A stretch of DNA of 64,000 nucleotides from Deltaproteobacteria bacterium (GTDB lineage: Bacteria > Myxococcota_A > UBA9042 > PHBI01), in contig SBGO01000356.1 in NCBI GenBank assembly GCA_006226565.1, forward strand, positions 748 to 64,747, written 5' to 3'. Made by a program: the position numbers and the translations under genes. Numbering within the stretch: the stretch's first letter is position 1; each line of letters starts with the position of its first letter. The notes under the pieces are model-generated. The model was not told the DNA's origin, ran no database searches, and saw only the letters and a program-made list of their open reading frames with translations. This document shows, piece after piece, positions 1-7,194 of the stretch.

Positions 1-188
1 CGCGGGTCGGCCAGCGGGCCGCCTGGAAAGAGCGGCTCGTCCCGTCCGAGGAGGAGGGCGCGGCGTCCGGCCAGCGACACCTGCTCGCCGGCGCGCGCGA
101 GGCCGCCGCTGTAGGCGAGGGTCAGCCCGGGACGCGGCCCGTCGCCGAGGTCGGCGTCGCCCGGGAGGTCGGTCAGCGTGCTGCTCAT
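1..188 (-). CDS. Partial CDS (first ~62 codons; gene continues leftwards out of window). N-terminus MSSTLTDLPGDADLG...LGRDEPLFPGG loosely resembles FHA-domain regulator N-termini
   Basis: ATG at ~186-188 on minus strand, strong GC3 bias, no stop before window edge (absent from ORF track for that reason). Confidence 0.4.
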   Translation of the reverse strand, partial: MSSTLTDLPGDADLGDGPRPGLTLAYSGGLARAGEQVSLAGRRALLLGRDEPLFPGGPLADP

Positions 189-460
189 CCCTCGGAGGGT
201 AGCAGGTCCGTTCGTCGCCGGGGAGCGGTGTCCAAGGTGTCCGCGACGGACACCCGCGGACGTCCGGCGGCGTCGTCCGTGCTGTCCACAGCGGCGGCGT
301 CGGGATGGTGCGGGCACCCGGGGCCGGCCTGTCGTGGGGCCATGGGGCGCTCGCCCAGCGGCGTGCCGGTTCTGGCCCGGCACCTGCAGAGGACAGGCTC
401 GTGGCCGCGGTTCGGTCGGTGGCCGCCCCGCCCAGCAGACCCGCAGCCCCGGAGGACCCC

Positions 461-811
461 ATGTTCCGAGCCTTCGCCCCACCCGCGCCGCAGCACCTCG
501 CGCTGGGCGCCGTCGCGTCGGCGCTCGTCGCGTTCTTCGTCCTCTTCCTGCTGGCCGGCGCCATCTACGTCGCGTGGGACTACGGGCGCGTCACGGCCGA
601 CGTGCGTGCGCCGATGACGGCGCCGCCCGCGGCGCAGGTCGAGCCCGTCGTGCGGTACTACGTGCCGGGCGTCTACGTCATCGGGGTGCGCGCCCCCGCC
701 GGAGCGCCGCAGAGCGCCGTCGTCGACCGTGGGGAGGGCGTGCGATACGCTCAGCCCTCGGTCGCCGAGGACGCCCAGCAGGGCCCCCCCGTCGAAACGC
801 AGGTTCGCTGA
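461..811 (+). CDS. Small membrane protein (one predicted TM helix: ALGAVASALVAFFVLFLLAGAIYVAW), hypothetical
   Basis: In-frame ATG within ORF 305..811; GGAGGA 4 nt upstream; strong GC3 bias. Confidence 0.45.
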   Translation: MFRAFAPPAPQHLALGAVASALVAFFVLFLLAGAIYVAWDYGRVTADVRAPMTAPPAAQVEPVVRYYVPGVYVIGVRAPAGAPQSAVVDRGEGVRYAQPSVAEDAQQGPPVETQVR

Positions 812-821
812 GGAACGTCGC

Positions 822-1811
822 ATGGTGAGCTTCCATCCCCAGTCTCGAACGCTTCGCCGGCCATCGCCGGCGTTCGCCGCGCTCGCGGCGCTCGCGATGG
901 TGGCCTGTGGCCGCTCGCCCGCGCCCAGCGAGCCGGTCCCCGCCGAGGTCGCGATGACGCCCGAGGCGGTCGCGGAGGTCGAGCAGGTCGCGCCGGTGGT
1001 GGCGTCCGCCGACGCGGCGGGCGCCGCGGACGACAACGTCTCGCCGACCCTCGCCGCCGAGGCGGAGCCGGATGCGCCCGCCGTTCACGGGATCCGGATC
1101 ACCGACGACGGCATCATCGGGCCCGGCTTCATGATCACCGGCGACGGCATCATCGCGCCCGGCGTGGAGATCACGAAGAAGCACCTCAAGATCGTCATCA
1201 CCGGGGACGGGCCGGAGCTCGAGGGGCTGCGCGACCGGCTCGAGGCGCTCGGGCCGCGCATCCGCGACGCGGTCAAGGGGCACATCCACGCCGACGGGGG
1301 CGGGCACCTCCGCATCGGCGCCGTCGCGCTCGGGCTCCACGAGGACGGCGGGCTCCGGATCGACATCGACGACAACGGCTCGGACTTCGACGTGCACGTG
1401 AACGTGGACCTCGACGACGTCGCCGAGGAGGTCGCGGCGCTCGACGGCGCGAAGCTGGCCAAGCTCGTGGCGCTGGCGCGGGCGCTCGGGGGCGACGACG
1501 AGGGCGGCGAGCCCGGGCACGCCGAGGGCGGCGAGCGCTTCAGCTGCGCGGCCGGCGAGTGCGAGGTGGAGTGCCCGAAGGGGAAGCCGTGTCGCGCGTC
1601 GTGCGCGGGCGGCGGCTGCCGGCAGACGTGCCACGAGGGGGCCACGTGCCGCCTGACGTGCGCCGGCGGCGACTGCAATCAGCGCTGCGAGGCCGGGGCG
1701 AGCTGCAAGCTCAGCTGCGCAGGCGGCGGGTGTCGGCGCGAGTGCGCCGAGACGGCGAAGTGCGAGATGAGCTGCCTCGGCGACGACTGCGCGACCGTCA
1801 CGCCGCGCTGA
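822..1811 (+). CDS. Cys-rich repeat lipoprotein (signal peptide + lipobox LAMVAC; C-terminal repeated C-x3-C units; N-terminal ITGDGIIxPG repeats)
   Basis: ATG MVSFHPQSRT... inside ORF 729..1811; GAGGAA upstream; signal peptide; GC3 bias. Confidence 0.7.
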   Translation: MVSFHPQSRTLRRPSPAFAALAALAMVACGRSPAPSEPVPAEVAMTPEAVAEVEQVAPVVASADAAGAADDNVSPTLAAEAEPDAPAVHGIRITDDGIIGPGFMITGDGIIAPGVEITKKHLKIVITGDGPELEGLRDRLEALGPRIRDAVKGHIHADGGGHLRIGAVALGLHEDGGLRIDIDDNGSDFDVHVNVDLDDVAEEVAALDGAKLAKLVALARALGGDDEGGEPGHAEGGERFSCAAGECEVECPKGKPCRASCAGGGCRQTCHEGATCRLTCAGGDCNQRCEAGASCKLSCAGGGCRRECAETAKCEMSCLGDDCATVTPR

Positions 1812-1835
1812 CGCTCCCCGAGAGGTTCGCGGGCG

Positions 1836-2870
1836 TCAGGCGTCGGCGACGCGGATGACGAGCTTGCCGAAGTTCTTGCCCTCGAGCTGCCCAATGAAGG
1901 CCTCGGGGGCGTTCTCGAGCCCGTCGACGACGTCCTCTCGGAAGGCGATCTCGCCGGCGGCGACCCAGGCGCCCATCTGCGCGAGGAACTCGCGGAAGCG
2001 GTGGCCGAAGTCGTCGAAGATGATGAAGCCCCGCATCGTGATGCGCTTCTTGAGGAGGGTGGACATCAGGAGCGCGCTCCGGTCGGGGCCGGGCGGGAGC
2101 GAGGTGGCGTTGTACATCGACACGAGGCCGCAGACGGGCACCCGGGCGCGGGCGTTGAGGAGCGGCAGGACGGCCTGGAAGACGGCGCCGCCGACGTTCT
2201 CGAAGTAGACGTCGACGCCGTCGGGGCAGGCGGCGGCGAGGCGGCCGCGGAGGTCGGGGGCGCGGTGGTCGAGGCAGGCGTCGAAGCCGAAGTGCTCGAC
2301 GGCGTAGCGGCACTTCTCCTCGCCGCCGGCGATGCCGATGGCGCGGCAGCCGAGGCGTTTGGCGACCTGCCCGACGACGGAGCCGACGGGGCCGGTGGCC
2401 GCGGCGACGACGACGGTCTCGCCAGGCCGGGGGGCGCCGATCTCGAGGAGCCCGGCCCAGGCGGTGAAGCCCGGCATCCCGAGGACGCCGAGGGCGAGGG
2501 AGGGGCGCGCCATGGCGGGGTCGAGCGGGACGAGGCCGGTGCCGTTGGAGACCGCGTAGTCCTGCCAGCCGGCGTAGGCGAGGACGAGGTCGCCGACGGC
2601 GAAGCGCGGGTGGTTCGAGGCCTCGACCCGGCTGACGGTCCCGCCGACCATGGGGGCGTCGAGGGCGACCGGCTCGGCGTAGGAGGGGGCGTCGCTCATC
2701 CGGCCGCGCATGTAGGGGTCGAGCGAGAGGTAGAGCGTCCGGAGCAGCACCTCGCCGTCGCCGGGCGTGGGCACGGCGACGCGCTCGAGGCGGAAGCTCT
2801 CGGGCGTGGGCGCGCCGACGGGGCGCGAGGCGAGGACGATGCGGCGGTTAATGGCGGGATCCTGGGACAT
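1836..2870 (-). CDS. NADP-dependent oxidoreductase, medium-chain dehydrogenase/reductase family (YncB/CurA/prostaglandin-reductase-like)
   Basis: Start MSQDPAINRRIVLASRP at 2870 inside ORF 1836..3014; Rossmann motif AATGPVGSVVGQ and family-typical N-terminal motifs. Confidence 0.85.
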   Translation of the reverse strand: MSQDPAINRRIVLASRPVGAPTPESFRLERVAVPTPGDGEVLLRTLYLSLDPYMRGRMSDAPSYAEPVALDAPMVGGTVSRVEASNHPRFAVGDLVLAYAGWQDYAVSNGTGLVPLDPAMARPSLALGVLGMPGFTAWAGLLEIGAPRPGETVVVAAATGPVGSVVGQVAKRLGCRAIGIAGGEEKCRYAVEHFGFDACLDHRAPDLRGRLAAACPDGVDVYFENVGGAVFQAVLPLLNARARVPVCGLVSMYNATSLPPGPDRSALLMSTLLKKRITMRGFIIFDDFGHRFREFLAQMGAWVAAGEIAFREDVVDGLENAPEAFIGQLEGKNFGKLVIRVADA

Positions 2871-2976
2871 CGGGGCCTCGGGGCGTCTGGACGCGGCGAG
2901 TCTCGCAGAGCCGGCGGTGGGCGTCGACCGCGGCGGGGTCGTGCTACGGTCGCGGGCGAGGGAAAAGGAGAGGGCG

Positions 2977-4284
2977 ATGTCGGGCGAGGGCGCCGGGGCG
3001 AGGGTGATGATCATCGGCGGGGGCGGCCGCAGCCACGCGCTCGGCGAGGCGCTGCGGGCGAGCCCGTCGGTGGCGCAGGTCGTTTTCGCGCCGGGGACGA
3101 CGGGGCTCGAGTGGCTCGGCTACGAGACGGTGCCGGTGGCGAGCCAGGATCTCCCGGGGCTCGTCGAGCAGGCGATGATGGAGGAGTACGATCTGTCGGT
3201 GGTCGGGCCGAACACGCCGCTCGTCGACGGGATCGTGGACCGATTCGAGGCGGAGGGGCTGCCGATCTTCGGGCCCATGCGGGCGGCGGCGCGGCTCGAG
3301 GGGTCGAAGGCGTTCGCGCGGCTCCTGATGGGGCGGCTCGGGGTGCCGACGCCGCGCTTCGCGGTCTGTGACACGGTCGACCGGGCGCATCACCTGGCGC
3401 AGACCCGGGCGTGGGCGCGGGTCTTCAAGGCCGACGGCATCGCGTACGACAAGGGCGTGCGGGTGACGATGCGGGCGGACGAGGCCGAGCAGGCGCTGCA
3501 CGACGTGATGTACGACAACGTCTACGGGCTGGAGTCGGACCGCATCGTGGTGGAGGAGCGCATCGACGGGGTCGAGGTGACGGTCTTCACGCTGTGCGAC
3601 GGGCGGCACCTGGAGGTGCTGGGGCACGTGCTGAACTACCCGCGGCTCCGCGACGGGGACGCGGGGCCGCCGTCGCGGGGGATGGGGCAGGTGTGCCCGG
3701 CGCCGATGGTGGACGACGCGATGGTGGCGGACATCGTGCGGCGGGCGCTGCAGCCGGTGGTGGACGACCTGGCCGAGGACGGGACCCCGCTGCGCGGGGC
3801 GCTGTTCGTGGACCTGATGCTGTCGCATGGGGCGCCGTACGTCATCGACTACAACGTGCGGTTCGGGGACCCGGCGACGCAGACGATGCTGAGCGCGTAC
3901 TCGGGGGACTTCTATCGGGTGTTGCAGGCGTGTCGGACGGGGGAGGGGCTGGCGGAGGCGGTGGCGGCGCTGACGCGGGACCCGCGGCCGCGGGTGTCGG
4001 TGGTGGCGGTGTGCGAGGGGTATCCGCAGAAGATGGTGCGGGGGGCGCGCGTGACGCTCGACCGGGCGCTCTTCGACGAGGACCCGGACCTGCGGCTCTA
4101 TCTCGACGGCGTGCGCTGGGTCGAGGACGACGGGCTCTACACGACGGGCGGGCGGACGGTGACGGTGGTGGCGGCGGCGGACACGGTGTCGGAGGCGGCG
4201 GCGCGGGCGTATGCGGCGCTCGATCGCGGGGTGCGCTTCGACGGGATGCACGTCCGGCGGGACATCGGGCGCGGATACGAGTGA
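2977..4284 (+). CDS. purD: Phosphoribosylamine--glycine ligase (PurD)-like ATP-grasp enzyme, divergent
   Basis: Start MSGEGAGARVMIIGGGGRSHALGEAL... with GGAAAAGGAGAGG RBS; N-terminal GxGGREHAL-like motif and ATP-grasp core; ~435 aa as for PurD. Confidence 0.7.
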   Translation: MSGEGAGARVMIIGGGGRSHALGEALRASPSVAQVVFAPGTTGLEWLGYETVPVASQDLPGLVEQAMMEEYDLSVVGPNTPLVDGIVDRFEAEGLPIFGPMRAAARLEGSKAFARLLMGRLGVPTPRFAVCDTVDRAHHLAQTRAWARVFKADGIAYDKGVRVTMRADEAEQALHDVMYDNVYGLESDRIVVEERIDGVEVTVFTLCDGRHLEVLGHVLNYPRLRDGDAGPPSRGMGQVCPAPMVDDAMVADIVRRALQPVVDDLAEDGTPLRGALFVDLMLSHGAPYVIDYNVRFGDPATQTMLSAYSGDFYRVLQACRTGEGLAEAVAALTRDPRPRVSVVAVCEGYPQKMVRGARVTLDRALFDEDPDLRLYLDGVRWVEDDGLYTTGGRTVTVVAAADTVSEAAARAYAALDRGVRFDGMHVRRDIGRGYE

Positions 4285-4392
4285 GGCGCGGTCGGAAAAA
4301 TGTGGGAACTTTCTCGGGCGCAGCGCGTAGACCGTGAGCGCGCTTCGCGAGACGACGTGGCGCGCGGGACGAACACGAGGAGAGCAAGGAAG

Positions 4393-5004
4393 ATGCTGGC
4401 TCGACGGGTGATGATCGGGATGGTGCTCGGGGCGATGGCGGTGATCGGGACGGCGGCGCCGGCCTTCGCGGACGACTGTGCGGGGTCGTCACTGAAGATG
4501 GTGCGGTCCGAGGACGCGGCGTATCGGGTGGACATCCGGACGGTGGCGCGCGAGGGCTGGGAGGCGCGCTTCGTGCCGGTGCACGAGCCGGACGGGGCGT
4601 ACACGCGGCTGGCCGAGGTGCCGGGGCACGCGCACCTGATCGTGGCGGTGCCGGGGAAGTCGACGCGCTTCGTGGTGATCCGGGCGGGGGCCGAGCGCGA
4701 GACGACGTCGCGGGTGCTGGTCTACGAGGCGGTCTGGAACCCGCTGAAGAAGGGTCCCCCGGGGCCCGAGGTGAAGCTGGTGAAGGCGTTCGACCTGAAG
4801 GACCTGCTCACGGAGGCGGAGCTCGCGCAGGTGCGGGCGTCGATCTCGCACCTCCACTGGCTCTTCCCGCGGACCGACGGCAAGCCGCCGGTGCGCCTGA
4901 CCGGCGACGACCGGGTGGAGGTGCAGGTCATCGGCGGCCGCGCGGTGGAGCTGGCCCTCGACCACCTGGAGCTGGTGAAGACGCCGTCGGCCCCGAAGCC
5001 CTGA
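4393..5004 (+). CDS. Secreted hypothetical protein (signal peptide MLARRVMIGMVLGAMAVIGTAAPAFA)
   Basis: ATG at 4393 with AGGAGAGCAAGGAAG upstream, inside ORF 4300..5004. Confidence 0.6.
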   Translation: MLARRVMIGMVLGAMAVIGTAAPAFADDCAGSSLKMVRSEDAAYRVDIRTVAREGWEARFVPVHEPDGAYTRLAEVPGHAHLIVAVPGKSTRFVVIRAGAERETTSRVLVYEAVWNPLKKGPPGPEVKLVKAFDLKDLLTEAELAQVRASISHLHWLFPRTDGKPPVRLTGDDRVEVQVIGGRAVELALDHLELVKTPSAPKP

Positions 5005-5046
5005 GCGGCGGGCGGCGCCGACCGCCGCGGCCCGCGCGCGTGACGC

Positions 5047-5075
5047 TTGACACGCGCGCGGCCCCGGTGCAAGTT
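5047..5075 (+). promoter_or_regulatory. Putative sigma-70-type promoter for tRNA-Arg (TTGACA -35, ~17 nt spacer, weak -10 CAAGTT)
   Basis: Perfect -35 hexamer read in sequence upstream of tRNA; -10 is weak. Confidence 0.3.
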
Positions 5076-5089
5076 CCGCCCCACGCTGC

Positions 5090-5166
5090 GCGCGGTTAGC
5101 TCAGCTGGATAGAGCGTCGGCCTCCGGAGCCGAAGGCCACAGGTTCGAATCCTGTACCGCGCACCA
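5090..5166 (+). tRNA. tRNA-Arg (anticodon CCG), 77 nt including 3' CCA
   Basis: Cloverleaf folded by hand: acceptor GCGCGGT/ACCGCGC, D-stem GCTC/GAGC, anticodon stem TCGGC/GCCGA with loop CTCCGGA, T-stem ACAGG/CCTGT, T-loop TTCGAAT. Confidence 0.9.
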
Positions 5167-6493
5167 ACTCGAAGCCGCCTTGGACAACGGTCCCCGTGAC
5201 CCCGTCGAAGGCGGCTTTTTCCGTGTTGGGGGCCCCTGTCTCCAAATCGTCTCCAAAGGTCGTCTCGGAGCCGACGGCGGCGCGGGCCTGCGCGACCTGC
5301 TCCGGCGACTCGGCGACGGCGGCCTCGGCGAAGAAGCGGAGGCGGTTGATCTCCTCGCCCAGGTAGTCGTCGCTCAGGTGCGAGTACAGGTCGATCGTGG
5401 TCTGGATGTCCTTGTGCCGCAGGACGCGCTGGACGAAGGCCAGGGACGCGCCGCGCATGACGAGGATCGACGCCGTCGTGTGCCGGAGGTCGTGCCACCG
5501 GATCGGGCGGACGTTGGCCTTGGGCCAGAGGCGGTGCCCGTGGACCGGGCAGCGGCGGAGGCGGTTGTCGGCGTGGGTCTCGGCGTGCTTGCAGCCCTTC
5601 TTGCGGCAGACGTGCGTGTAGCTGTCGGCGAGGCCGGCGCGGCCGAGGGCGCGGCGGACGACGTCGCAGAGGTCGGCGTCGCGGCGGAACGGGGAGCCGT
5701 CGGGCTGGGCGAAGACGAGGGCGCCGGGCGAGGCGTCGAGGGCGGCGCGCAGGAAGGGGACCAGCTCGTCGGCGATGGGGACGACGCCGTGGTGGCCGTC
5801 CTTGGTGACGGCGCGGTCGTGTGAGCCGCGGATGTAGATGCGGCGGGCCTCGAAGTCGATGTCCCGGCGCTTGAGGGCGAACAGCTCGCCTTTCCGCATG
5901 CCGGTGTAGATGGCTGTCGCGGCGAGCCACCGGTGGTGCGGCTCCATGACGGCCAGGACGGGCGCGACCTCGTTCGGGCGCAGGTAGGTCGGTGGGCGCT
6001 TGGAGACGCGCCGCCGAGTGACCTTCGCGACCGGGCTCACGCCGTGTACGCGGCCGACCTTCGCGGCGGCGTTGAACGCCCGCGACAGGAAGTTCCGTAG
6101 GTGGTTCACCGTCTGCGGGCTCAGGCCCTCGCGGTCCTTGCCGCGCAGGTAGCGCTCGATGACGGCCGGGGTCAGCTCGCGCAGCGGGAGGTCCCAGAGC
6201 TTCGCCGACGCCAGGTGCTTCTGAATCGTCCTCCGGTTGCTCTCGTCCGCCGCGAGCGAGGCGGACACCTCGTCGAGCCACCACTCCATGAGGTCGCCGA
6301 CGGTGTCCTGCGTCTTCTGCGGCAGGGGCTCGAGCCCCTCGCGCTGCCGGTCGGCGTGGAGCTGCAGCTCGGCGGCCATCCGCTCGGCGTCCACCTTGCG
6401 CTTGGCGAGGCGGACCTCCTTCCACCGGCCGTCGGAGCCCTTGTACTTCCCGTACCAGCCGTCGCGGCCCTTCTTCTTGAACACGGTCGTCAT
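5096..6493 (-). CDS. int: Tyrosine-type site-specific integrase (phage integrase family); C-terminal codons run through attL/tRNA sequence
   Basis: Start MTTVFKKKGRDGWYGKY at 6493; C-terminal catalytic region ...WHDLRHT...IDLYSH...; ORF reads toward tRNA. Confidence 0.85.
   Translation of the reverse strand: MTTVFKKKGRDGWYGKYKGSDGRWKEVRLAKRKVDAERMAAELQLHADRQREGLEPLPQKTQDTVGDLMEWWLDEVSASLAADESNRRTIQKHLASAKLWDLPLRELTPAVIERYLRGKDREGLSPQTVNHLRNFLSRAFNAAAKVGRVHGVSPVAKVTRRRVSKRPPTYLRPNEVAPVLAVMEPHHRWLAATAIYTGMRKGELFALKRRDIDFEARRIYIRGSHDRAVTKDGHHGVVPIADELVPFLRAALDASPGALVFAQPDGSPFRRDADLCDVVRRALGRAGLADSYTHVCRKKGCKHAETHADNRLRRCPVHGHRLWPKANVRPIRWHDLRHTTASILVMRGASLAFVQRVLRHKDIQTTIDLYSHLSDDYLGEEINRLRFFAEAAVAESPEQVAQARAAVGSETTFGDDLETGAPNTEKAAFDGVTGTVVQGGFELVRGTGFEPVAFGSGGRRSIQLS
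5120..5166 (+). repeat. attL: 47-nt copy of tRNA-Arg 3' part (direct repeat with 40372..40418)
   Basis: Exact 47-nt identity read in sequence. Confidence 0.75.
5171..5224 (+). terminator. Terminator-like hairpin downstream of tRNA (AAGCCGCC...GGCGGCTT followed by TTTTCC)
   Basis: Inverted repeat plus T-run read in sequence; loop unusually long. Confidence 0.35.
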
Positions 6494-6726
6494 CGGTCGC
6501 CCCTGCGGAGCGGGATCACGGCTCCGGCGTCGCTCTCGCTCCCACCCCGAGCGTACTCGACGACCTCGGCCGGGTCGAACCTGAGGTGCCCTCCGAAACG
6601 CAGATGGGGCAGATCGCCGCGTGCAGCGCGCTCGTAGACCCAGCTCCGGCTCACGCGCAGGTACTCCGCGACCTCGGTGGCCGTCCACAGCCGGGCCGAG
6701 CTCACAGGCATCGTCTTGGTCGTCAT
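6490..6726 (-). CDS. AlpA/excisionase-family HTH DNA-binding protein
   Basis: Start MTTKTMPVSS... with GGGAGGAAG RBS; ATGA overlap with int; HTH TEVAEYLRVSRSWVYERAARGDLP. Confidence 0.7.
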   Translation of the reverse strand: MTTKTMPVSSARLWTATEVAEYLRVSRSWVYERAARGDLPHLRFGGHLRFDPAEVVEYARGGSESDAGAVIPLRRGDR

Positions 6727-6928
6727 CGTCTTCCTCCCTGGCTGGTATGATTGTCGTGCCGCCGCGATGTGGTTGGACCGCGTCGTTGCGGCGCCCAAAG
6801 TTGGTTCCTCGGGTGCTTGAACGGAGCGCTCTGCTCTCGTCCTAGATTTGGCCTCGAGCGCGACCACCGTGTCTGGTCCTGCTCGTACTCGCGCTCGTTA
6901 TTCGGTCCGGCGGCTCTGGTCTCTTCAG

Positions 6929-7190
6929 CTACCCTGCTACCCGCACTACTCCCGCAAGGGACGCAGGAATTCCTCCGTATGCTCGGCAGGTTGCACGCGG
7001 TGCTACCCCTGCTACCCCGCTGGCGCGGTCCACCCCCACCCGTCAAGGGGTCTTCTTCGTTCCGACAAGGTAGATAGGTAGGTGTTCTCTCAAGTAGGGG
7101 TAGTAGGGGTAGTAGATAGAGCGGCAGAGCCGTCGTGGTCGGGATCGTCGGCGCATACCCCTGCGGGTAGTCGCCCGGTAGCAGGGGGAG
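6929..7190. repeat. Iteron-rich non-coding region (tandem TGCTACCCC x2 near 7001-7018; inverted GTAGGGGTA x2 near 7094-7111; further CTACCC/GGTAG units) - putative replication origin of the island
   Basis: Direct and inverted 9-bp repeats read in a lower-GC gap immediately 3' of the DUF927/primase module. Confidence 0.4.
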
Positions 7191-7194
7191 CGCT

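Noticed and set aside
2001-4251. Long ORFs 2001..3371 (+), 2944..4251 (-) and 3411..4337 (+) overlapping the oxidoreductase and purD-like genes
   Set aside because: They have no domain motifs and extreme Arg/Gly composition. They are antisense or off-frame to well-supported genes.
4722-6425. 567-aa and 214-aa ORFs (4722..6425 -, 5180..5824 +) overlapping the integrase and tRNA
   Set aside because: They are off-frame or antisense to a clear tyrosine recombinase, and the translations are proline/arginine-rich.
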